Shown here: positions 48,989 to 58,834 of the stretch, one piece after another
Numbering within the stretch: position 1 is the stretch's first letter
How the letters are laid out: the number at the start of each line of letters is the position of its first letter
Origin: a virus
Reading direction: 5' to 3' (one strand)
DNA: 64,000 nt
Virus record (IMG/VR): IMGVR_UViG_3300027788_000008
Coordinates: 11,279-75,278 of that record
Notes under the pieces: generated by a model
Told to the model about the DNA's origin: nothing
The model's database searches: none
What the model saw: the letters and a program-made list of their open reading frames with translations, nothing else
Made by a program: the position numbers and the translations under genes

Positions 48989-49504
48989 ATGACAAGTAGT
49001 ATAAGCAACAACACCAATTTATTCCAACCAACAGGATTTAAGGTTATTATTGATCGTCAGAACTTCGCAAACTTAGAATTTTTTGTGCAGGGAATCTCAC
49101 ATCCAGGGGCAAACTGTCCCGCTATAGAGACAGCTGTTAAGAGACTCCAGGGTATACCAATGCCAGGAGGACAGATGGAGTATAGCGAGTTGACTATGGA
49201 TGTGTTGCTCGACGAAGACATGAACTCGTATAAAGAGATGTACAACTGGTTGTTGCGTAGTGTTAATAGTGAAATGATAACTCGTCGCGACGACTTTGGA
49301 GGCGGACGTTCCACCCAACCGACTTATTCTGACATCACTCTTGTGGCCCTCACCAGTCATAACAATAAAAGTGTAAAGTTTAAATATGTTGACGCACTAC
49401 CTGTTTCGATCGGAGAAATACGGTTTGAGGCACAGAACCAGTCAGTTGAGTATGTTACATTCCCCGCAAGTTTTAGATTTTCTTATTTTGAGATAGTTGA
49501 ATAG
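48989..49504 (+). CDS. g3: Tail tube terminator gp3
   Basis: N.LFQPTGFK, EFFVQ...PG, LLDEDMNSYKEMYNWL, F...F.FSYFEI; lies after gp23. Confidence 0.85.
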   Translation: MTSSISNNTNLFQPTGFKVIIDRQNFANLEFFVQGISHPGANCPAIETAVKRLQGIPMPGGQMEYSELTMDVLLDEDMNSYKEMYNWLLRSVNSEMITRRDDFGGGRSTQPTYSDITLVALTSHNNKSVKFKYVDALPVSIGEIRFEAQNQSVEYVTFPASFRFSYFEIVE

Positions 49505-49507
49505 TAT

Positions 49508-49948
49508 ATGGATTTAGATGGTATTCTTGCCCAGTGGGTAACTGATTGTGAGATTGGACATAACCTTGATTCTGCATCACGCGAGACTCCTCAGTTACAC
49601 GGCAAGTATCTTGGTTATTATATACAAGCAAAACTTATGATGAAACGTGCAGAAGATAAACAACAAATTCTTCTCAAGAACAAATTCTTGTGGTACAACG
49701 GAAAATTGTCCCAGGACGAGATTGTTGATCTTGGTTGGGTACACGACCCATTCAATGGTCTAAAGATAATGAAGGGTGACCTTTCATACTATTATGACAG
49801 TGACCCTGAGATACAAAAAAGCGAAGCAACCATTGTGTACTACAAGACGATGGTCGAAGCACTCAAGGAGATTATGGACACGTTGAAGTGGAGACACCAA
49901 ACTATCGGTAACTCTATCCGCTGGAAGCAGTTCGAAGCGGGAGTATAA
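49508..49948 (+). CDS. uvsY: Recombination mediator UvsY
   Basis: W..D..I..NLD..S..TP.LH.KYL, YNGK, KWRHQTI.N.I.WK.F.AG. Confidence 0.9.
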   Translation: MDLDGILAQWVTDCEIGHNLDSASRETPQLHGKYLGYYIQAKLMMKRAEDKQQILLKNKFLWYNGKLSQDEIVDLGWVHDPFNGLKIMKGDLSYYYDSDPEIQKSEATIVYYKTMVEALKEIMDTLKWRHQTIGNSIRWKQFEAGV

Positions 49949-49951
49949 ATA
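49944..49951 (+). promoter_or_regulatory. T4-type late promoter TATAAATA (upstream of uvsW)
   Basis: Exact consensus overlapping the uvsY stop codon. Confidence 0.75.
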
Positions 49952-49978
49952 CTACATATCCAATAAGGCAATGTAGTT

Positions 49979-51442
49979 ATGAACAATTTAACAGTCCAAT
50001 TGCTGAATCACTCTATGATGGTTGTGAAGTGCGATGCTGGAGTACGAGCGGAGTTGTCCGAGTATTTCTCATTCTTTGTTCCTGGACATAAGTTCATGCC
50101 GAGTTTCAAGCGCAAGCAATGGGACGGAAAGATTAGATTGTTTAATGCCATTACCAGTGAACTTAATGTCGGATTGTATGTCAAACTCTGTAAGTTTGCT
50201 GCTGACAGACACTACCACTTACAGATGGAGCATAGCGACTATGGTCTACCAACCGCAAGAAACAAGGTAAACCACCAACAACTGGTTGCATCACAAGCAT
50301 TGTGGGGCATGCCCTTTCCTCCTAGAGACTATCAGTACGAAGCAATCACGCATGGCATATCGAATAAGCGTTGCATCCTGTTATCCCCAACTGGTTCTGG
50401 TAAGTCGTTTATTATATATAATCTTATGCGTTGGTATCTTGATGGACATGACAAAGCAGTCCTTGTCGTTGTTCCAACGACCTCCCTCGTGGAGCAGATG
50501 TACAAAGACTTCTCTGACTATGGCATGGATGTAGATACCGATGTACATAAAATTTACTCAGGCAAGGACAAGAAGACCACTAAGAGGGTCATTGTCACAA
50601 CTTGGCAGTCAGTGTATCGCCTTGGTCCAGATTGGTTTAATGCCTTTGGTTGTGTGTTTGGAGACGAGTGTCATTTATTTAAGGCAAAATCTTTGGCAAC
50701 AATGATGAATAAGTGCAGCGAAGCAGAGTATCGTTTCGGGACCACGGGCACGCTGGATGGAACCCAGTGTAACAAGTTGGTACTCGAGGGACTCTTTGGT
50801 CCAACAAAGCGAGTGACGTTCACCAGAGACCTACAGGACAACGGAACACTCGCTCGATTGAAGATAGACATGCTGATGCTTGACTATCCTTTGCAGCTGC
50901 GTAAATTTAACAAGGATCGGACATATCAGGAAGAAGTAGATTTCCTTGTGGGGTATGAACCAAGGAACAGATTGATACGCAACATTGCTTTAACACAAAC
51001 CGGAAACACTCTTGTACTGTACCAGTTCGTCGAGAAACACGGTGAAGTGTTGCATAAAATGATTAAGGAGAAAAATGATCAGGTGTTCTATGTTCATGGT
51101 GGCACGGATGTTTCTGACAGAGAAGCAATTCGTGGAATTGTTGAGCGTAGTGAAGGTGCCATCATTGTTGCCTCAATGGGAACATTTAGCACGGGAATTA
51201 ACATCAAGAATCTGCACAATATTGTATTTGCCTCCCCATCAAAGTCGCAGGTCAAAGTGTTGCAGGCAATAGGAAGAGGTTTACGCAAAGCAGAAAATGG
51301 ACAGGATACGAAATTGTTCGACCTTGCTGATGATTTGTCAGTTGAGTCCAAGAAGAATTTCACCCTAAAGCATTCGGAAGAGAGAGTTAAAATGTATAAT
51401 ACGGAAAAGTTTAAATTCGAAATACACAAGGTGGTGTTATGA
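49979..51442 (+). CDS. uvsW: SF2 helicase UvsW
   Basis: WDGKIRLF, SPTGSGKS, DECH, GTTGT, FSTGINI, QAIGRGLR. Confidence 0.96.
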   Translation: MNNLTVQLLNHSMMVVKCDAGVRAELSEYFSFFVPGHKFMPSFKRKQWDGKIRLFNAITSELNVGLYVKLCKFAADRHYHLQMEHSDYGLPTARNKVNHQQLVASQALWGMPFPPRDYQYEAITHGISNKRCILLSPTGSGKSFIIYNLMRWYLDGHDKAVLVVVPTTSLVEQMYKDFSDYGMDVDTDVHKIYSGKDKKTTKRVIVTTWQSVYRLGPDWFNAFGCVFGDECHLFKAKSLATMMNKCSEAEYRFGTTGTLDGTQCNKLVLEGLFGPTKRVTFTRDLQDNGTLARLKIDMLMLDYPLQLRKFNKDRTYQEEVDFLVGYEPRNRLIRNIALTQTGNTLVLYQFVEKHGEVLHKMIKEKNDQVFYVHGGTDVSDREAIRGIVERSEGAIIVASMGTFSTGINIKNLHNIVFASPSKSQVKVLQAIGRGLRKAENGQDTKLFDLADDLSVESKKNFTLKHSEERVKMYNTEKFKFEIHKVVL

Positions 51443-51861
51443 GTAAAATAAATTTGGAAGAAGACAAAATACTACAGATAAAATTGATGACAGGACAAGA
51501 GATACTTGCCCAGTCTATCGAAGTTGATACAGAAGATTCATTCGTTGTCAGTCACGCACTAGAAATGGTTGCTGTTGAGTACGAAGATGACGAGTTGCAG
51601 TTGAACAAGTCTTATTACATCCTGCGACCTTTTATTTCTTATCCATCAGCACTTGACGTTGTTGTTTCTATCAACCCAACCGCTATTGTGTGCATCAACA
51701 AACCGAGCAAGAAGGTTATTGAGCAATATACAAGTTCCTGTGATACTATACAAGAGATGCTACTTGATGAAGTTCCTGAAGAGGCAGTACCACACAATAC
51801 ACCAAATGGGAATGTCCTCACCTTTCCTCCCACCCCACCTAAATTATTGACCGAAGATTGA
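51439..51861 (+). CDS. Hypothetical protein between uvsW and gp55 (possible Sm-like fold)
   Basis: IKLMTGQEILA start; synteny typical of marine T4-like phages. Confidence 0.55.
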   Translation: MSKINLEEDKILQIKLMTGQEILAQSIEVDTEDSFVVSHALEMVAVEYEDDELQLNKSYYILRPFISYPSALDVVVSINPTAIVCINKPSKKVIEQYTSSCDTIQEMLLDEVPEEAVPHNTPNGNVLTFPPTPPKLLTED

Positions 51862-51886
51862 CATTACACACTACTTGATGTAGAAT
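51858..51886 (+). promoter_or_regulatory. Sigma70 promoter TTGACA-N17-TAGAAT upstream of gp55
   Basis: Perfect -35, 17-bp spacer, 5/6 -10. Confidence 0.8.
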
Positions 51887-51919
51887 AGAGTTCTACCGTA
51901 TGAATAATGGAATACAAGT

Positions 51920-52507
51920 ATGAAACCTAGCGAACGCCCACATTATGTGAACAATGCACAATTCAGTCAAGCAGTCGTAGACCATGTTAAGTCTGTTCGT
52001 GACTCTGAGGGCACAGGCGAGGAAGCACCGCAAATGCCCACCTATGTTGCTACCTGTTTTCTTAAGATAGCAGAAGGTCTCTCACATAAGTCTAACTTTG
52101 TGCGATACACCTATCGAGAAGAGATGGTAATGGATGCGGTTGAGAACTGCCTTCGTGCATGTAAGAACTATGACATAGAAGCAGCAACCCGCAAGGGCAA
52201 ACCAAATGCATTTGGGTATTTCACCCAGATATCTTGGTATGCGTTCTTACGTCGAATTAAAAAAGAACAACGCCAACAAGATGTCAAGATGAACTATATT
52301 GCTGAGTCTGGATTGGACGAGTTCGTGGTAGATCCTGGTGAAGACCCGCAGGTTGCCAAGGCAGTACAATCGTTTGTCGACAACCTTCGTCTTCGAATTG
52401 ATGAGGTTAAAAATAAAGACACTAAGATAAAGGAATATAAGAAGAAGACTGCAATAAAGCGCACAGTGCGTGTAGACTCTGACCTTTCTAGTTTCTTAGA
52501 GGGATAG
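51920..52507 (+). CDS. g55: Late transcription sigma factor gp55
   Basis: HYVNN..F, LKIAEGLSHKSNF..YTYREEMVMDAVENC, NAFGYFTQI..YAFLRRIKKE. Confidence 0.96.
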   Translation: MKPSERPHYVNNAQFSQAVVDHVKSVRDSEGTGEEAPQMPTYVATCFLKIAEGLSHKSNFVRYTYREEMVMDAVENCLRACKNYDIEAATRKGKPNAFGYFTQISWYAFLRRIKKEQRQQDVKMNYIAESGLDEFVVDPGEDPQVAKAVQSFVDNLRLRIDEVKNKDTKIKEYKKKTAIKRTVRVDSDLSSFLEG

Positions 52508-52509
52508 AT

Positions 52510-53571
52510 ATGAAGATCGCAATCCTTAACGATACCCACTGTGGTATTCGTAATAGCAGCGATATATTTATCGAGTCTCAGGAACGTTTTTATAACGAGG
52601 TTTTCTTCCCATACCTGAATGAACACAACATCACAAACGTATTGCATCTCGGGGATTATTATGAGAATCGCCGATTCATAAACTTCAAGGCACTCAACAG
52701 CAATCGTAAAGTGTTTCTTGAGCGTTTGCGTTCTGATGGTATAAACATGGATATAATTCCAGGAAACCACGATACCTATTATAAGAACACAAACAACCTC
52801 AACTCCCTGAAGGAGTTGCTTGGGCACTATATGAATGAGGTCAACATTGTACAGGACTGTTCTGTCCTCGACTATGATGGCATGAAAGTTGGACTTGTTC
52901 CTTGGATCTGCCCTGACAACGAAAAAGAGTGCTTAGACTTCCTAGTCAACTGTAAAGCAGATGTGATTGGTGGCCACTTCGAACTAAACGGGTTTGACAT
53001 GCTGCGTGGTGTGCCCTGTACTCATGGTATGTCTGCCGATAACCTCCACAGATTCGAACTGGTGTTGTCTGGACACTACCATGTGAAGTCTAACCAAGGC
53101 AACATCCACTACCTTGGTTCTCAGATGGAGTTCTTCTGGAATGACGCACACGATGAAAAATTCTTTCACGTCCTTGACACAGAAACAAGAGAACTACTCC
53201 CTGTACGAAACCCACTGACGTTGTTCCAACGGGTTTATTATGACGATACTAAGAATGACTATGGCGAGTTTGACACTTCGCGTTTTGATAAACAGTTTGT
53301 AAAGGTTGTTGTCATCAAGAAGTCAGACACATTCACGTTCGATCGCTTCATTGATCGCATTATGCAACGTGATGTATATGACCTCAAGATACAAGAGGAC
53401 TTCTCTGAGTTTACTGGAGAGAACGTCTCTGACGAAGGACTTGAAGTAGAAGACACCTCTTCTTTGCTCGGTGCTTATGTTGATAATGTAGAGACTGTCC
53501 TCGACAAAGAAAGAATTAAGTCTGAAGTGTTAGACCTTATGTCAGAAGCACAAATACAGGAAGTGGTGTAA
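52510..53571 (+). CDS. g47: Recombination endonuclease subunit gp47 (Mre11/SbcD-like)
   Basis: DTHCG, LGDYYE, GNHD, GHFE, SGHYH. Confidence 0.95.
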   Translation: MKIAILNDTHCGIRNSSDIFIESQERFYNEVFFPYLNEHNITNVLHLGDYYENRRFINFKALNSNRKVFLERLRSDGINMDIIPGNHDTYYKNTNNLNSLKELLGHYMNEVNIVQDCSVLDYDGMKVGLVPWICPDNEKECLDFLVNCKADVIGGHFELNGFDMLRGVPCTHGMSADNLHRFELVLSGHYHVKSNQGNIHYLGSQMEFFWNDAHDEKFFHVLDTETRELLPVRNPLTLFQRVYYDDTKNDYGEFDTSRFDKQFVKVVVIKKSDTFTFDRFIDRIMQRDVYDLKIQEDFSEFTGENVSDEGLEVEDTSSLLGAYVDNVETVLDKERIKSEVLDLMSEAQIQEVV

Positions 53572-53576
53572 AACAC

Positions 53577-55295
53577 TTGATAATATTTGAAACGATTCGT
53601 TATAAAAATTTCCTTTCTACTGGGGATAATTGGACAGAGATATCCCTCAATAAAAGTGAACATACCCTAGTAGTTGGACAGAATGGTTCTGGTAAGTCCA
53701 CTATGCTTGATGCCATATCTTATGCTTTATTTGGTAAGTCCCACCGAAGTATAAGTAAAGCACAGTTGGTCAATTCAATCAACAACAAAGCAATGCAGGT
53801 AGAGGTTGAATTCAACATCGGTGCAAAGAAGTACAAGGTTGTGCGTGGCATAAAACCCGTCAAGTTCGAGATCTATGTTGACGGTACGATGATCAACCAA
53901 AACTCTCACAACAAAGAATACCAGAAAGTTCTAGAATCTAATATTCTAAAGTTGAACCACAAGACCTTCCATCAAGTGGTTGTGCTCGGTTCTTCTTCTT
54001 TCGTACCATTTATGCAGTTGTCTGCTCTGAATCGTCGTGATGTGATTGAAGACCTACTGGATATTGGTGTGTTCTCGAAGATGAACATGCTGTTGAGAGA
54101 ACGTAACGCCACTCTGAAAGAACGTGTCAATAATGTCTATCATGCAATAGCGATCAATGAAACAAAGACAGACGCGCAGAAGAAATACATCCGCGATATT
54201 TCCAAGTTAAATCATGATGCTAAAAAGCAGAAGGACAACGACATCGCAGATACCACCAAGGAAATAGAGAAACTGGTTGGGGTCAATACAGAAAACCAAA
54301 GCAAGGCGAATGATATTAGTCTGGAGATAACTCCACTATTGGAAGAGCACCGCAAGCAACTCGCCCGACTTAATGGTTTCGAGTCAGAGTTCAATACAAA
54401 GATCAAAGCACTGGTCAAGACTGCTAAATTCTATGAGGTGAATGATCACTGTGAGACCTGCGACCAAGACATCGATGTTTTCCTGAAGGAAAGTAAACTG
54501 AAAGAAGCAAAAGAGCAAGCAGCAGAGTTACAGTCTGCTGGTGCAGAGGTTGCAAAGTCCCGTGATGAGGTGACTGGTACTATTATAGAGTACGAGTTGA
54601 AGATGAAGGAGGTTCAATCTCTGTTAACGAATGTACAAGGCAATCTTCAGACTATCGCGACACACAATAAGAACATAGAGAAAACTCGCGCTGATATCGA
54701 ATCCCTCAGCAACGGTCAATCTGACCTCGCATCAGCAAATGATGAGTTTGACATTCTGCAAAAAGAGCAGTATAGGTTGATGGATCAACGTAACACCATG
54801 AATGACCAAGCAGCATACAACACTGTTATCTTTGAGATGCTGAAAGACAGCGGAATCAAAACCAAAGTGATCAAGCAGTACCTGCCAGTCATCAATAAGT
54901 TGGTGAATCAGTACCTCGCTATTCTCGACTTCTATGTCCACTTTGACCTTGATGAAAAGTTCGAAGAAACTATCCGTTCCCGTCATAGGGATTCATTCTC
55001 ATACGCATCATTCTCCGAGGGAGAGAAGCAGCGTATCGATTTGGCATTGTTGTTCACGTGGAGGCAGATTGCCAAGATGAAGAACAGCATCAGTACCAAC
55101 TTATTGATACTGGACGAAACCTTTGACTCATCTTTGGATGAAGCAGGTATCGACAACCTTATGAAGATCATTCATACTCTCGGTAATGACACGAACGTGT
55201 TTATTATCTCGCACAAAGGAGAGATACTCGATGGCAAGTTTGAAGCAAAGATAGAGTTTGTCAAGAATAAGAATTTCTCTCAGATAAAGAAGTAG
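53577..55295 (+). CDS. g46: Recombination ATPase subunit gp46 (Rad50/SbcC-like)
   Basis: GQNGSGKST, CETC zinc hook, FSEGEK, LILDE, ISH. TTG start. Confidence 0.96.
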   Translation: MIIFETIRYKNFLSTGDNWTEISLNKSEHTLVVGQNGSGKSTMLDAISYALFGKSHRSISKAQLVNSINNKAMQVEVEFNIGAKKYKVVRGIKPVKFEIYVDGTMINQNSHNKEYQKVLESNILKLNHKTFHQVVVLGSSSFVPFMQLSALNRRDVIEDLLDIGVFSKMNMLLRERNATLKERVNNVYHAIAINETKTDAQKKYIRDISKLNHDAKKQKDNDIADTTKEIEKLVGVNTENQSKANDISLEITPLLEEHRKQLARLNGFESEFNTKIKALVKTAKFYEVNDHCETCDQDIDVFLKESKLKEAKEQAAELQSAGAEVAKSRDEVTGTIIEYELKMKEVQSLLTNVQGNLQTIATHNKNIEKTRADIESLSNGQSDLASANDEFDILQKEQYRLMDQRNTMNDQAAYNTVIFEMLKDSGIKTKVIKQYLPVINKLVNQYLAILDFYVHFDLDEKFEETIRSRHRDSFSYASFSEGEKQRIDLALLFTWRQIAKMKNSISTNLLILDETFDSSLDEAGIDNLMKIIHTLGNDTNVFIISHKGEILDGKFEAKIEFVKNKNFSQIKK

Positions 55296-55298
55296 ACT

Positions 55299-55460
55299 AT
55301 GAAACACGCATGGAACTTGTGGGCGAAAGCAGTCGGTGAAAAGACGGGTAATAATGATCGTGACGCTGACAGGGTTGCTATAATACGGACTATTATCGTC
55401 GTCGTCAATTTCATAACCTGCTTGTTCATTATGGCAAATACAATTAACCACTGGGGATGA
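55299..55460 (+). CDS. 53-aa putative membrane protein (below ORF-track cutoff)
   Basis: Translates as MKHAWNLWAKAVGEKTGNNDRDADRVAIIRTIIVVVNFITCLFIMANTINHWG; ATGA overlap with the next ORF. Confidence 0.65.
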   Translation: MKHAWNLWAKAVGEKTGNNDRDADRVAIIRTIIVVVNFITCLFIMANTINHWG

Positions 55461-55639
55461 TTGTGAGTAGAAAGAAGGCATATACACCCAAGCGCGAGAA
55501 ATACAACGACCTGTCAACACTATATAATGAGATGAGAGAAGCAGGAATCAAGATTCTGTACTTCAACGGAAACATCCTCGAGACAAAGCACCAGAGATGG
55601 GGTCTGTACGAAGGCAGACTGACGATGTGGGATTTGTAA
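55457..55639 (+). CDS. Hypothetical protein
   Basis: 60-aa ORF coupled to the upstream ORF. Confidence 0.55.
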   Translation: MIVSRKKAYTPKREKYNDLSTLYNEMREAGIKILYFNGNILETKHQRWGLYEGRLTMWDL

Positions 55640-55668
55640 TTGACATCTCAATCCCTTTCGGTTAAAAT
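55640..55668 (+). promoter_or_regulatory. Sigma70 promoter TTGACA-N17-TAAAAT driving the DNA-modification cluster
   Basis: Perfect -35, 17-bp spacer, 5/6 -10; SD GAGG before the ATG at 55692. Confidence 0.82.
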
Positions 55669-55691
55669 AGTATTCTACTTGAGGAAATAAT

Positions 55692-57089
55692 ATGGAAACA
55701 CTAACAATAGGTGGTCGCTCTTGGCAAAAGAGCATTGGTGATCAGGGGCAAGATGTATATGTCGCCTTGTTCATCGAAGACTCCGAAGCACTCAAAGGTC
55801 AATATCCAGAAGAAAGTCACTTTGACATTGTCGTTGACCAAGACGCAGACTTCTACATGCCCTCTACTGGCGTTGAAGATGAAGGACTGAACGAAGATCG
55901 AATTGCATTCAAATTCCGCAAAAATATTTTTACGCAAGAAGAACAAGACGGTGCATATGCTGGTCTGTTCGATGCTGCTATTGAATCAAACAACAGAGGT
56001 ATGGCAGCGGGACCACGCGAAGAGTCTCAGGGCAATCGCGACTGGGTCACGCAGTACCAGATCAATGTTCTGACTTGGTTCGAAAACGGACAACCACCAA
56101 ACATTGATGGGTCTGAACCTCTTGCTGAGTTTGCCGCCATACCAGATGACGACGAGAATCGTGGTGGTGTTTGGTTGCGCACCAAAGTCGAACCAGAGTT
56201 TGGTACATACACTGACTTCTTTCCACTTCTACTGACTAAACTGCGAGTGATGACACTTGGGGAAGCAAAAGAATATGTTGCAAAGATACGCAAAGAATTT
56301 ATTTCAGATACTATGTATGCTACTGCTATTTGGTCTGGGATTGCTGGGTTCTATGGTCGTTACCCTCGTATACCTTATGGTCGTGCTACTGCATTCACTG
56401 ATCATAACCGCGAAGTATTTGAGAAATGCTATCCGTTTGCACGTCGACTAGACCAAACTTTTGTTGACCTGCTACCAGTTCGCCACGCACGTCAGAAGTT
56501 GCGCGCTGACAGTATGGATCCAAAGTTTCTAATTGGTGAAGACACCACGTTCACCACCATCACAGTCAACACGACAACCAAAGATCGCAATGCGCGTATG
56601 GCATGTCACCGTGACTCTGGTTCTTTGAACGAAGGTTTCAGCAACCTGACTGTCATCAGTGATGGCAAGAAAGACTGGAAGGGTGGTATGCTAGTATGCC
56701 CTGAAGTTCGTGCTGCTATCAATATTCGTCCAGGTGATCTACTGTTGGTTGACAACATGCGTATCATGCATGCTAATACTCCAATTGAGGCACCTGACTC
56801 TGGCGAAGATGACTTGATGCGTATGTCACTTGTGTTCTACTTCCGTGAAGATATGTTGAAGTTGGGTACATGGGAATACGAGCACCTGCGTCGAGCATAT
56901 GTTGACTCACGTCGACTGAACGAAGAACACAAACTCTGGCGACCATACTGGAACGGTGTGTCACCGAGCATGTGGGACGACAATGAATGGTACGACTGGT
57001 TGATAGACAACGGTGGTGAGGAGATGACTCGAAAGTATCACCCCGAAGCATTTGATGTTGCTAGCACCCTTGATGAATTCTTTGGATAG
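55692..57089 (+). CDS. TET/JBP-family 2OG-Fe(II) dioxygenase (5-methylpyrimidine oxidase)
   Basis: FTTITVN...ACHRD.G...GFSNL...GG.LV.PE..A...RPGDLLLVD...MHANT...RMSLVFYFRE, i.e. HxD...H...R. Confidence 0.85.
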   Translation: METLTIGGRSWQKSIGDQGQDVYVALFIEDSEALKGQYPEESHFDIVVDQDADFYMPSTGVEDEGLNEDRIAFKFRKNIFTQEEQDGAYAGLFDAAIESNNRGMAAGPREESQGNRDWVTQYQINVLTWFENGQPPNIDGSEPLAEFAAIPDDDENRGGVWLRTKVEPEFGTYTDFFPLLLTKLRVMTLGEAKEYVAKIRKEFISDTMYATAIWSGIAGFYGRYPRIPYGRATAFTDHNREVFEKCYPFARRLDQTFVDLLPVRHARQKLRADSMDPKFLIGEDTTFTTITVNTTTKDRNARMACHRDSGSLNEGFSNLTVISDGKKDWKGGMLVCPEVRAAINIRPGDLLLVDNMRIMHANTPIEAPDSGEDDLMRMSLVFYFREDMLKLGTWEYEHLRRAYVDSRRLNEEHKLWRPYWNGVSPSMWDDNEWYDWLIDNGGEEMTRKYHPEAFDVASTLDEFFG

Positions 57090-57097
57090 GAAATATT

Positions 57098-57370
57098 ATG
57101 ATCGATTACAAGTACAATGAAGAAGCACTGATCAAAGAACTCCAAGAGTATGTGGACGTCACTTATGGACAACACTACTCGCAGGATAAAGTGCAGACAA
57201 CTGAGTTTGTCATTGATGCAGGACACGGTGAAGGTTTCTGTCTCGGAAACGTCATCAAGTACACCCAACGATATGGTAAGAAAGAAGGCAAGAACAGGAA
57301 GGACTTGTTGAAAGTGTTGCACTATGGTTTGATTGCCTTGCATGTTCACGATCTGGAAGCAGGTGAATGA
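57098..57370 (+). CDS. DUF3310-like protein (T7 gp1.7 nucleotide kinase-related)
   Basis: HY...Q..E.I...G.GFCLGNVIKY..RYGKK.G...DLLK..HY. Confidence 0.75.
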   Translation: MIDYKYNEEALIKELQEYVDVTYGQHYSQDKVQTTEFVIDAGHGEGFCLGNVIKYTQRYGKKEGKNRKDLLKVLHYGLIALHVHDLEAGE

Positions 57371-57519
57371 AGAAGATCTGGTACAAGCAAAATAAAAACG
57401 GTACAGTGACATTCTATGAAGACACAAACCGCAAAACAGGTACATACAGCAACCGCAAAGCAAACTTTGCATATCCCAAATTCATATATGAGTGGATAGA
57501 AATACCATGTGCGGAGTAA
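57367..57519 (+). CDS. 50-aa hypothetical protein (below ORF-track cutoff)
   Basis: Translates as MKKIWYKQNKNGTVTFYEDTNRKTGTYSNRKANFAYPKFIYEWIEIPCAE. ATGA overlap upstream; overlaps the GATase start. Confidence 0.55.
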   Translation: MKKIWYKQNKNGTVTFYEDTNRKTGTYSNRKANFAYPKFIYEWIEIPCAE

Positions 57520-58190
57520 TTGGCGTACACCTGCCTGAAGTTCGCGCAGTGCACGATGCGCGGCTCGCTCTGGTCGAGAATCTATTTCTACAGAGCATGA
57601 TTCGTGGCAAGCATGCCACGGGAGTTACCTTTCTAAAACAAGGCAAACTCACCACAATCAAAGAAGGCATCAGTGCCGACAAGTTCATGGAGAAGCACAA
57701 TGTTGCTGACTGGGTTGATGGTGACTCACTCACGCTGATTGGTCACATTCGATACTCTACCTCTGACCTGCGACACAACCAACCATTCCAAGGTCGTGAG
57801 ATGGCAATTGCGCACAACGGTGTTATCTCCCAAGACCCAGATGTTTGGGAATACGAAACAGAAACCCAAAACGACTCTGAGTTGATACTACGATGCATCG
57901 AGGCAGGAGACACTCCTCTCGAGGCGTATCGCGAACGTTCTATGGCAGTGACCGCTATTGATGTGGATGGTAATCTGACAGGGTGGCGCAACCATGAGCG
58001 TCCACTGTGGATGGCGACTGACATAGGTGGGTTGATCTTTGCATCTACTTCGGATATAATAGAGAGATCTGGCATGGGGAAAGCAGTGAAATGCGATCCG
58101 ATGGTTAGATACATATATAATGACTACAGTGGACTGGTCGAAGACCGCACTCACTTTTCAGAAAACGATATGTTGGCAGATTTGCAATGA
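57507..58190 (+). CDS. Stand-alone class II (Ntn) glutamine amidotransferase
   Basis: Start at ATG 57507 gives MCGVIG (Cys1 nucleophile), plus RGKHATG, GHIRYST, NQPF, HNG, NDSE. Confidence 0.88.
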   Translation: MCGVIGVHLPEVRAVHDARLALVENLFLQSMIRGKHATGVTFLKQGKLTTIKEGISADKFMEKHNVADWVDGDSLTLIGHIRYSTSDLRHNQPFQGREMAIAHNGVISQDPDVWEYETETQNDSELILRCIEAGDTPLEAYRERSMAVTAIDVDGNLTGWRNHERPLWMATDIGGLIFASTSDIIERSGMGKAVKCDPMVRYIYNDYSGLVEDRTHFSENDMLADLQ

Positions 58191-58834
58191 TCACACGGTA
58201 CAACCAAGAGCAAGTTGAGAAACTGATTGCGGAACAACCTGAAGGAACTAACACCAAGTTCCTCAAGTCTTCGCACAACCTGTGGTTTCGATTTAAGAAT
58301 TATACCAAGAACCCACCGTTTGTGTTGCTCGATGGTGAAGAACCAGTTGCTCTGGTCTTCATCACATTCAGTGCACGATCAAAGTATGCCAACCTATATG
58401 AGATTGTTACGCTTGAAGGCAAAGAAGGTAATGGATACGCTTCCATTGTATACTGGGACGTGATGGCAGAAGCATACAAGCAGGGTATGCAGCGACTCAA
58501 GATGTCATGTACTCCATCGTCAGTGACTTGGCACAAACGCAACGGCACCATCTTTTGGGCAGTTGACCCCAGTGGTTCCCTGCGCTGTGACGTGCCTTTA
58601 TTTCCAAACAAGCACGAGCAGTTGACGTTCCGTGAGTTGGCAATCAAAGACAATGAAGTTGCCCTGCCACCGCAAAAGGTTGCTGATAAACTCAGAGATG
58701 AATGCATTGAACTGCACAAGTTTGGTGTCAAGAAAACAGAGAAGGTCGAGACTGCCATTGAAGCAGTGGGCGACTACTGGTTCCGTGAAGCATTATTTGA
58801 ACCAACCCATTTCTCTCTTGATGCATTTCTATGA
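58187..58834 (+). CDS. GNAT-family acyltransferase
   Basis: NLYEIVTLEGKEGNGYAS resembles GNAT motif A ((Q/R)xxGx(G/A)); downstream 'SVTWHKRNG'. ATGA-coupled on both sides. Confidence 0.7.
   Translation: MITRYNQEQVEKLIAEQPEGTNTKFLKSSHNLWFRFKNYTKNPPFVLLDGEEPVALVFITFSARSKYANLYEIVTLEGKEGNGYASIVYWDVMAEAYKQGMQRLKMSCTPSSVTWHKRNGTIFWAVDPSGSLRCDVPLFPNKHEQLTFRELAIKDNEVALPPQKVADKLRDECIELHKFGVKKTEKVETAIEAVGDYWFREALFEPTHFSLDAFL

Noticed and set aside
39224-55295. Introns, inteins or homing endonucleases in terminase, capsid, uvsW or gp46/47
   Set aside because: All ORFs are of normal length and uninterrupted; no HNH, GIY-YIG or LAGLIDADG motifs were recognised.
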